DNA of 64,000 bases from the IMG/VR virus record IMGVR_UViG_3300028394_002328, positions 124,001-188,000 of that record. One strand, 5' to 3'. Within the stretch, counting starts at the first letter, position 1; each line of letters opens with the position of its first letter. Both the position numbers and the translations under genes were made by a program. The notes beneath the pieces were generated by a model. It searched no databases. It was not told where the DNA came from and saw only the letters and a list, made by a program, of their open reading frames with translations. Below, piece after piece: positions 9,516 to 18,009 of the stretch.

Positions 9516-12500
9516 ATGAGCCAGCAGAATATAGACTTTGGTACGTTTCCTGACGATCCGGATGCGGATGCGATAAGAACGGCCTTTCAAAAAGTACAAG
9601 AAAACTTTACAGAAATTTATTCAGGCCTACAAGGCGCAGCGGTTTCATCAATCAATAGGACTCCTGGAGCTGGTATAACAGTAAGTAGTCCAACTGGTAA
9701 TGTTATCGTTACTGCTAACATTGCCTGCGTTCAAGTTCACACAAGCACACTAAGCATAGGTCGTGATGCTAATGGTAGTCAAGATACCTCTATTACTTCT
9801 AGCTCTCAGACTCTATGGGTTGACCTACCTACTACTATTTCTAACGTTACTAATATTATATTATCTGGTAATGCTTCAATAGGTGGAAATTTATTAGTAA
9901 ATGGTTTTTCTAATTTAGCTAATATTATAGCCACTGGATATGCTAACATAGGTAGTAATCTTACGGTCACTGGAAATATATCTTCAAATGCAATCTCTGC
10001 AACGGGTAATATTAGCACAACTGCTAATCTTAGTGGAGCAAACATTAGCAGTACAGGGACATTGACAGTATCCGGTAACGTTAATTTTACTGGCACAAGT
10101 AATGTTACATTAGGTAGTACATCTAACATACACATGTCTGGTGGAACTAGCGGATATATATTACAGACTGATGGTTCAGGAAATTTATCTTGGATTAATC
10201 CAAGTTCAGCAGTTGGGTCGGGAACATCAGGTACAAGTGGATATACAGGTATAAGTGGTTATAGTGGTATCAGCGGGTACACAGGAGTTTCAGGATATAC
10301 CGGTGTTAGTGGTGTTTCAGGTACATCGGGATATTCAGGTGTTTCAGGTACAAGCGGATACAGTGGATATACTGGTTATTCAGGTGCAGTAGGAACATCA
10401 GGAACTAGTGGATACACCGGAACATCAGGTACAAGTGGATATACCGGTGTTTCAGGATATACTGGAACGTCAGGCTTTACAGGAATCAGTGGATACTCAG
10501 GCACTTCAGGATATACTGGAACATCGGGTACATCGGGTACATCAGGTACTAGTGGATACTCAGGTACAAGTGGTACATCAGGTACATCAGGTACGAGTGG
10601 ATACACCGGTACATCAGGTACATCAGGTACGAGTGGATATACCGGTACATCAGGATATTCAGGTACTAGCGGTATTAGTGGTTACACGGGGGCAAGCGGT
10701 ACATCAGGCATCAGTGGATATACAGGTACTTCAGGAACTTCGGGATACTCAGGAACTTCGGGCTATTCAGGAACAAGTGGTATAAGTGGACATTCAGGCA
10801 TCAGTGGTTACACGGGGGCAAGCGGTACATCAGGCATCAGTGGATATACAGGTACTTCAGGATATACTGGAACGTCAGGCTATACAGGTGTCAGTGGATA
10901 CTCAGGCACAAGTGGTATATCAGGTTATACAGGAGATAGTGGTACATCGGGGATATCTGGTTATACTGGCACATCAGGTACTTCAGGGATATCTGGTTAT
11001 ACTGGTGCAATCGGTACATCAGGGTATACTGGTATCAGTGGTTACACCGGGGTCAGTGGTTATACTGGGGTCAGTGGTTACACAGGAACATCAGGTATAT
11101 CAGGTTATACAGGAGCTAGTGGTACATCGGGGATATCTGGTTATACTGGCACATCAGGTACTTCAGGGATATCTGGTTATACTGGTGCAAGCGGTACATC
11201 TGGGCATTCTGGGGTCAGTGGTTATACCGGCGTAAGTGGTTATACTGGGGTCAGTGGTTACACAGGAACATCAGGTATATCAGGTTATACAGGAGCTAGT
11301 GGTACATCGGGGATATCAGGATATACTGGTGCATCTGGACATTCTGGTATATCAGGTTATACCGGTGCTAGTGGCACATCGGGTATATCAGGGTATACTG
11401 GTATCAGTGGTTACACCGGGGTCAGTGGTTATACTGGGGTCAGTGGTTATACTGGAACATCAGGTATATCAGGTTATACAGGAGCTAGTGGTACATCGGG
11501 TACTAGTGGATATTCTGGTATTAGTGGTTATTCAGGGACAAGCGGTACATCAGGTGCAAGTGGTATTTCGGGTTATACTGGAACATCAGGTATATCAGGA
11601 TACACCGGAGCAAGTGGTACATCGGGAATATCAGGATATACTGGAACAAGTGGTACATCGGGATATTCAGGAACTTCTGGATATTCAGGAACTTCCGGGG
11701 CAAGTGGCACATCAGGGATTAGTGGTTATACAGGAGCTAGTGGTACATCGGGTATCAGTGGTTATACTGGTGTTTCAGGTTATACTGGTGTTTCAGGCTA
11801 CACAGGAACTTCCGGGGCAAGTGGCACATCAGGGATTAGTGGTTATACTGGAACAAGTGGTACATCAGGGATTAGTGGTTATACTGGAACAAGTGGTACA
11901 TCGGGTATCAGTGGTTATACTGGAACAAGTGGTACATCAGGGATTAGTGGATATACTGGTGTCAGTGGATACACCGGTACAAGCGGAACATCTGGTATAA
12001 GTGGTTATTCAGGTTCAGGCATCAGCGGCTACTCAGGTACAAGTGGCACATCAGGTACAAGCGGTACGACAGGAATTAGTGGATATACCGGTGTCAGCGG
12101 ATATACTGGAGTAAGTGGCACATCTGGTATAAGTGGTTATACGGGAGATAGTGGTACATCAGGTATCAGTGGCTACTCAGGAACAAGTGGTACATCAGGT
12201 ATCAGTGGATATACCGGTACTAGTGGTACATCAGGTATCAGTGGCTACTCAGGAACAAGTGGTACATCAGGTATTAGTGGATACACCGGTATTAGTGGAT
12301 ACACCGGTATTAGTGGTACATCAGGTGTCAGTGGTTATACTGGCGTAAGTGGATACACAGGCGTAAGTGGATACACAGGCGTAAGTGGATATTCAGGATC
12401 AGGCGTAAGTGGCTACTCAGGTACATCAGGTATCAGTGGTACATCAGGTAGAAGCGGATACTCAGGTCAATCAGTCGCTATTCAAGGTTCAGTTGCGAAC

Positions 12501-15500
12501 TCTACTTTATTACCATCTGGTCAACCTGCAGGATATTTATATATCGTTCTAGCTGCTGGTGGTGGATATAATGCAGGTGATGGTGCATTAAGTAATGGCG
12601 ATAACACATATACCAATATTGGACCACTTCAAGGTCCATCAGGATTCTCAGGTGTAAGTGGTTATTCAGGATCAGGTATAAGTGGTTATACTGGTACAAG
12701 CGGATATACTGGTACATCAGGAACAAGTGGTTACACTGGAACAAGTGGTACATCAGGTATCAGTGGATATTCAGGTAGTAGCGGGTATTATGGTCAAGAC
12801 GGAACAAGTGGATATTCAGGAACAAGTGGCTACTCAGGTACTTCAGGAGTAAGTGGGTATACTGGTACATCAGGTACAAGCGGATATACTGGTGCTAGTG
12901 GTACCTCAGGTACAAGCGGATATACTGGTACAAGCGGATATACTGGTACAAGCGGATATACTGGTACATCAGGAACAAGTGGTTATACAGGCACTTCAGG
13001 AATAAGTGGAACATCAGGAATAAGCGGTACATCAGGCATAAGCGGGTACACTGGTACAAGTGGTACATCAGGTATCAGTGGTACATCAGGTATCAGTGGA
13101 TACTCAGGATCAGGTATTAGTGGTTATTCGGGTACAAGTGGTTACACAGGTACTTCAGGCATAAGTGGTTACACAGGTACTTCAGGCATAAGCGGCACAT
13201 CAGGCATAAGTGGATATACTGGAACAAGCGGCTACTCAGGTACTTCAGGCATAAGTGGAACATCAGGCATAAGTGGAACATCAGGCATAAGTGGTTATAC
13301 TGGTGTTAGTGGTTATTCAGGTACATCAGGAATAAGTGGTTATACAGGTGTAAGTGGAGAATCTGGTATAAGCGGATATAGTGGTACTTCAGGTATAAGC
13401 GGTACATCGGGTATCAGTGGATATACAGGAGTAAGTGGATATTCAGGTGCATCGGGCGCATCAGGTACTAGCGGATACACTGGTACAAGTGGTACAAGTG
13501 GTACAAGTGGATATACAGGAGTAAGTGGATACAGTGGTACATCAGGTTTAAGCGGTTATAGTAGTTCTAGCGGTGTTAGTGGATACAGCGGTGCCTCAGG
13601 TACTAGTGGTAAACAAGGTACATCAAGTAGTTACTTCAATTATCTTGCTGATACTAGTACACAAAGTGCGCCTCCTGCAACTGGGGATATTATTTGGAAC
13701 AATAGTACACAAACTAGTGCTACTCAGATATATGTAAACCATGTTACTTCAGATGGAGTAGATATTGAGATATTCTTAGCATTACTAAGTCAAACAGAAT
13801 TAATTACTTTACAAGATGCTGCCGAAAGTAATAATTATCAAATATTTGAAATCAATGGTACTCCTACAAATAATACAACTTATTGGACACTTCCAGTAGT
13901 ATCAACAGGTTCGGGAGGAACAGGTTCTACTAATTTTGGTAATAATTTACCTCTAATCTTAGCATTAACTAATGGTGTTAGTGGATTCTCGGGAGCATCA
14001 GGTAGCAGTGGTTATTCAGGAACTTCAGGGTATACTGGTGTAAGTGGATACACAGGTGTCAGTGGATATACTGGTACATCGGGTATAAGTGGATACACAG
14101 GGGTAAGTGGTTATACTGGTGTTAGTGGCTACTCAGGTACATCAGGTATAAGCGGTACATCAGGTATAAGCGGTACATCAGGTATAAGCGGTACATCAGG
14201 TATAAGTGGTGCATCAGGTATAAGTGGCTATACTGGAACAAGTGGATATACTGGTACATCAGGTATTAGTGGTTACACTGGAACATCAGGTATAAGCGGA
14301 ACATCAGGTATAAGTGGATACACTGGAACAAGTGGATACTCAGGCACATCAGGTACTAGTGGCACATCGGGTATAAGCGGTACTTCAGGAATAAGCGGCT
14401 ACTCAGGATCAGGTATTAGTGGATATACTGGTACATCAGGTATAAGTGGATACACTGGTGTTAGTGGATATACAGGTGTAAGTGGATACTCAGGTACATC
14501 AGGAATAAGTGGTTACACTGGTACAAGTGGCACATCAGGTATCAGTGGTACATCAGGTATCAGTGGTACATCAGGTATCAGTGGATACTCAGGATCAGGT
14601 ATAAGCGGATATACTGGTACATCAGGGATAAGTGGTTACACTGGTGTTAGTGGTTACACTGGTGTTAGTGGATATACAGGGGTAAGTGGATACACTGGTG
14701 TTTCAGGTGTAAGTGGTTACACTGGTACAAGTGGTACATCTGGTATCAGTGGATACACCGGCACATCAGGGAGAAGTGGATACTCAGGTACTTCAGGCAT
14801 AAGTGGATACACAGGTATATCAGGATATACAGGCGTAAGTGGTACATCAGGTATCAGTGGATATACTGGGGTCAGTGGGTACACCGGAATAAGTGGATAC
14901 ACAGGTGTCAGTGGATACTCAGGTAATGCAGGTGTAAGCGGATACTCAGGATCAGGTGTAAGTGGATATTCTGGTACATCAGGATACAGCGGTGTTGCAG
15001 GTACGTCAACATCACTCAACGCAACAAATGATACAACAACTAACCCATTATACCCAGTAATGGTTGCCGCTGCAGGAAGCACTCAAACAGTAAAAGTAAG
15101 TACTAGTGGTCTAGCGTTTAATGCTAGTAGTAATGTTCTCACTGTTGGTAGCGGTACAGGTGGTAATATTACTGGTTCTAACGTAATAAGTGCTAACACC
15201 TTTATCGGTACCCTTGCTAATGGTAATAGTAACGTTTATATTGCTACAGCAAACGGTAACGTGACAATAGCAGCGGTTGGTAATACTACATTGACAATTA
15301 CTGGTACTGGTGCAAATATCAGCGGTACAGCAAATATTTCAGGTAATGCTAACGTTGGTAATATTGGAACTGCTCAAGTACTTGCTTCAGCAAACGTTAC
15401 TTCACCTCAACTAATATCAAACATAGCAACCGGTACTGCGCCGTTAGTAGTAACAAGTACAACTCGTGTTTCTAATCTTAGTGTTGCTTATGCTAACGTT

Positions 15501-17378
15501 TCGGACTATAGTACTATTACTACAGCATCTACAGGTAACTATTATGTTAACTTTACTAATGCATTAACAGGTAACGTACAAATGAACGCTAACGCTGCGT
15601 TCGTTGCAAACACAAGTAATGGTGCATTATACGCAACTACATTTGTTGGTAATCTATATGGTATTTTAGCCAACGGTAATAGTAATGTCAACATTGCAAC
15701 TGCAAACGGCAATGTCACAATAGCGGCTGTTGGTAATACTACATTGACAATTACTGGTACTGGAGCAAATATTAGTGGTACAGCAAATATTTCAGGTAAT
15801 GCTAACACTGGTAACTTAGGTACAACAACATTAATTGCTACAACAGGTAATATTACTACAGTTAATGGTAACATAGCAAACGCTTCTACTATCATTGCTA
15901 ATGCAGCAAACGGAACTGTATTTGCAAATAACTATACAGCATCAGGTGCTGCTACAGGTAATGCCAATGTATCAACTATAACAGGTAATTTGGGTATTCG
16001 TGCAATATTCTCTACCTATACAGATAATTCAGCAGCAGCCAGTGCTACTATCGCTAATGCAGCAATACACGCAATAGCAGCACCAAACTTAGCAGCAGCA
16101 AATGCTACTGTTACATTTACTAACGCAGCAACGTTTTATATTGCAGGTGCGCCAGTTGCTAATACAAATGCTACAATTACTAATCCATATTCATTATTTG
16201 TAGCAGCAGGTAATAGTTATCTTGCAGGTAACGTTACTTTTGCAGGTAACTTAATCGGTATTCATGCAAATGGTAATAGTAACGTCAATATACCTGCCGC
16301 TAATGGAAACGTTAATATAAGTGCAGCAGGTAATGCTAATGTGTTCGTTGTAACCGGCACTGGTGCTAATATCACCGGTACAGCAAATATTTCAGGTAAT
16401 GCTAACGTAGGTAGCTTAGGCTTTGGTAGTGGTGTAATTACTGGTACCGGCAACATTACTGGTGGTAACTTAATTGGTATTATCGCTGCTGGGTCAAATA
16501 CAATTACTACTACTGGTAATATTACTGGTGGTAACTTGATTGGTATTCACGCAAACGGTAATAGTAATGTTAATATACCTGCTGCTAACGGAAACGTTAA
16601 TATAAGTGCGGTTGGTAATGCTAATGTGCTAGTTGTAACTGGAACTGGTGCAAACATCACTGGTACTGCTAACATCACTGGTAATACTAACGTTGGTAAT
16701 ATTACAGTAGGCTCTGGAACCGGTGGTAATATTACTGGAGCAAACTTAGTAAGTGCTAATTATTTTACTGGTACATTTATTAATGGTAACAGCAACATAT
16801 CTATTGTAGCAAATGCCAATATTAATTTATCAGCAGTTGGTAATGCTAATGTGTTCGTTGTAACCGGCACTGGTGCTAATATCACCGGTACAGCAAATAT
16901 TTCAGGTAATGCGAACGTCGGTAACTTAGGCTTTGGTAGTGGGGTAATTACTGGTACAGGTAATATAACTGGCGGTAATTTAATTGGTATCGTGGCTGCT
17001 GGTAGTAATACTATTAGTACTACTGGTAATATATCAGCAGGTAATGTAACAGTAACATCATATCACATACGTTCAGTTGGTACTGCAATATCAGCAGCAG
17101 GTTCTACTCAAGGTACTGCTACAGCATTGACTAAAGAGATGAACATTGTTTCTACTGTTCTATCTGGCAATGGTGTAGTATTACCAACAGCAGTAGCTGG
17201 TATGGTATTAACTATTACTAATAGTAGTGCAAACAGTTTATTAGTATACCCTGCAACTGGGGCAGCAATTAATGCACTAGCAGCCAATGCAGGATTGACG
17301 CAAGTTGCGAACGCAACAATACAATTTATTGCACCAACTACAACTCAGTGGTATACAGTAGGCGCTACATACGCATAA
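9516..17378 (+). CDS. Giant fibre protein: gp9/gp10-like N-terminal anchor, Gly-X-Ser/Thr repeat, Asn/Gly-rich shaft
   Basis: N-terminus QNIDFGTFPDDPDADAIRTAFQKVQENFTEIY matches the T4 gp9/gp10 N-terminal pattern (IxxG...DG.GD.LR.AF.K.N.NF.E.Y); three Gly-X-Y blocks; C-terminal GNI/NGNSNV fibre repeats. Confidence 0.85.
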   Translation: MSQQNIDFGTFPDDPDADAIRTAFQKVQENFTEIYSGLQGAAVSSINRTPGAGITVSSPTGNVIVTANIACVQVHTSTLSIGRDANGSQDTSITSSSQTLWVDLPTTISNVTNIILSGNASIGGNLLVNGFSNLANIIATGYANIGSNLTVTGNISSNAISATGNISTTANLSGANISSTGTLTVSGNVNFTGTSNVTLGSTSNIHMSGGTSGYILQTDGSGNLSWINPSSAVGSGTSGTSGYTGISGYSGISGYTGVSGYTGVSGVSGTSGYSGVSGTSGYSGYTGYSGAVGTSGTSGYTGTSGTSGYTGVSGYTGTSGFTGISGYSGTSGYTGTSGTSGTSGTSGYSGTSGTSGTSGTSGYTGTSGTSGTSGYTGTSGYSGTSGISGYTGASGTSGISGYTGTSGTSGYSGTSGYSGTSGISGHSGISGYTGASGTSGISGYTGTSGYTGTSGYTGVSGYSGTSGISGYTGDSGTSGISGYTGTSGTSGISGYTGAIGTSGYTGISGYTGVSGYTGVSGYTGTSGISGYTGASGTSGISGYTGTSGTSGISGYTGASGTSGHSGVSGYTGVSGYTGVSGYTGTSGISGYTGASGTSGISGYTGASGHSGISGYTGASGTSGISGYTGISGYTGVSGYTGVSGYTGTSGISGYTGASGTSGTSGYSGISGYSGTSGTSGASGISGYTGTSGISGYTGASGTSGISGYTGTSGTSGYSGTSGYSGTSGASGTSGISGYTGASGTSGISGYTGVSGYTGVSGYTGTSGASGTSGISGYTGTSGTSGISGYTGTSGTSGISGYTGTSGTSGISGYTGVSGYTGTSGTSGISGYSGSGISGYSGTSGTSGTSGTTGISGYTGVSGYTGVSGTSGISGYTGDSGTSGISGYSGTSGTSGISGYTGTSGTSGISGYSGTSGTSGISGYTGISGYTGISGTSGVSGYTGVSGYTGVSGYTGVSGYSGSGVSGYSGTSGISGTSGRSGYSGQSVAIQGSVANSTLLPSGQPAGYLYIVLAAGGGYNAGDGALSNGDNTYTNIGPLQGPSGFSGVSGYSGSGISGYTGTSGYTGTSGTSGYTGTSGTSGISGYSGSSGYYGQDGTSGYSGTSGYSGTSGVSGYTGTSGTSGYTGASGTSGTSGYTGTSGYTGTSGYTGTSGTSGYTGTSGISGTSGISGTSGISGYTGTSGTSGISGTSGISGYSGSGISGYSGTSGYTGTSGISGYTGTSGISGTSGISGYTGTSGYSGTSGISGTSGISGTSGISGYTGVSGYSGTSGISGYTGVSGESGISGYSGTSGISGTSGISGYTGVSGYSGASGASGTSGYTGTSGTSGTSGYTGVSGYSGTSGLSGYSSSSGVSGYSGASGTSGKQGTSSSYFNYLADTSTQSAPPATGDIIWNNSTQTSATQIYVNHVTSDGVDIEIFLALLSQTELITLQDAAESNNYQIFEINGTPTNNTTYWTLPVVSTGSGGTGSTNFGNNLPLILALTNGVSGFSGASGSSGYSGTSGYTGVSGYTGVSGYTGTSGISGYTGVSGYTGVSGYSGTSGISGTSGISGTSGISGTSGISGASGISGYTGTSGYTGTSGISGYTGTSGISGTSGISGYTGTSGYSGTSGTSGTSGISGTSGISGYSGSGISGYTGTSGISGYTGVSGYTGVSGYSGTSGISGYTGTSGTSGISGTSGISGTSGISGYSGSGISGYTGTSGISGYTGVSGYTGVSGYTGVSGYTGVSGVSGYTGTSGTSGISGYTGTSGRSGYSGTSGISGYTGISGYTGVSGTSGISGYTGVSGYTGISGYTGVSGYSGNAGVSGYSGSGVSGYSGTSGYSGVAGTSTSLNATNDTTTNPLYPVMVAAAGSTQTVKVSTSGLAFNASSNVLTVGSGTGGNITGSNVISANTFIGTLANGNSNVYIATANGNVTIAAVGNTTLTITGTGANISGTANISGNANVGNIGTAQVLASANVTSPQLISNIATGTAPLVVTSTTRVSNLSVAYANVSDYSTITTASTGNYYVNFTNALTGNVQMNANAAFVANTSNGALYATTFVGNLYGILANGNSNVNIATANGNVTIAAVGNTTLTITGTGANISGTANISGNANTGNLGTTTLIATTGNITTVNGNIANASTIIANAANGTVFANNYTASGAATGNANVSTITGNLGIRAIFSTYTDNSAAASATIANAAIHAIAAPNLAAANATVTFTNAATFYIAGAPVANTNATITNPYSLFVAAGNSYLAGNVTFAGNLIGIHANGNSNVNIPAANGNVNISAAGNANVFVVTGTGANITGTANISGNANVGSLGFGSGVITGTGNITGGNLIGIIAAGSNTITTTGNITGGNLIGIHANGNSNVNIPAANGNVNISAVGNANVLVVTGTGANITGTANITGNTNVGNITVGSGTGGNITGANLVSANYFTGTFINGNSNISIVANANINLSAVGNANVFVVTGTGANITGTANISGNANVGNLGFGSGVITGTGNITGGNLIGIVAAGSNTISTTGNISAGNVTVTSYHIRSVGTAISAAGSTQGTATALTKEMNIVSTVLSGNGVVLPTAVAGMVLTITNSSANSLLVYPATGAAINALAANAGLTQVANATIQFIAPTTTQWYTVGATYA
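10221..15008 (+). repeat. 9-bp-period Gly-X-(Ser/Thr) coding repeat in three blocks (10221-12473, 12633-13625, 13974-15008)
   Basis: Triplets GTS, GYT, GYS, GIS, GVS, GAS; about 751+331+345 aa by coordinate count. Confidence 0.95.
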
Positions 17379-17387
17379 GGAAATATT

Positions 17388-18008
17388 ATGATAACATTAG
17401 ATATATTAAGAGCAATTTGTCCAAAAACAAAACCTGCAATTTTAGAAAATTACGTTGAACCGATTAACACAGTGGGTCAATATTATGAAATGTTTGACAA
17501 CCCAAAAAGAATAGCAGGGTTTTTAGCACAAGTAGCACACGAATCAGGTGGGTTTACTGCTATAAAAGAAAATTTAAATTATAGTGCTAAAGGGTTGATG
17601 ACTACTTTCAAAAAATACTTCCCCGATGAAGCTACTGCAAAGCAATACGAGAAGAAACCAGAAAAGATTGCTAATCGTGTATATGCTAACAGAATGAAAA
17701 ATGGTTCTGAAGAATCAGGTGATGGATATCGTTTTTGTGGGCGTGGATTAATACAGTTAACAGGAAGAGATAATTATACTAAGTTTGCACAGGCACTGGA
17801 CATGAGTATTGATGATACAGTAGCCTATTTAGAAACTCCAAACGGCGCATTAGTTAGTGCAGCATGGTTTTGGGATAATAATAAATTAAATCAATATTGC
17901 GACCGTGATGATTTTGTTACATTGACTAAAAGAATTAATGGCGGAACTATTGGATTGGAAGATAGAAAGCATCATTATCAAATTGCATTGAATTTGCTTC
18001 AAGGGTAA
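17388..18008 (+). CDS. Glycoside hydrolase family 19 (chitinase/lysozyme-like) lysin
   Basis: AGFLAQVAHESGGF, ENLNYS, GDGYRFCGRGLIQLTGRDNY, SAAWFW, TKRINGG.GLEDR. Confidence 0.93.
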   Translation: MITLDILRAICPKTKPAILENYVEPINTVGQYYEMFDNPKRIAGFLAQVAHESGGFTAIKENLNYSAKGLMTTFKKYFPDEATAKQYEKKPEKIANRVYANRMKNGSEESGDGYRFCGRGLIQLTGRDNYTKFAQALDMSIDDTVAYLETPNGALVSAAWFWDNNKLNQYCDRDDFVTLTKRINGGTIGLEDRKHHYQIALNLLQG

Positions 18009-18009
18009 A

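Noticed and set aside
10376-12753. Alternative-frame and antisense ORFs (Val/Gln/Asp-rich or Pro/Val-rich) over the Gly-X-Ser repeats, also at 44505, 53324-55579
   Set aside because: Shadows of the 9-bp periodic repeat; no SD or promoter, broken by stops, composition is the frame-shifted repeat.
10221-15008. Possible CRISPR array or non-coding satellite
   Set aside because: Repeats are in-frame, degenerate at third codon positions and have no unique spacers.
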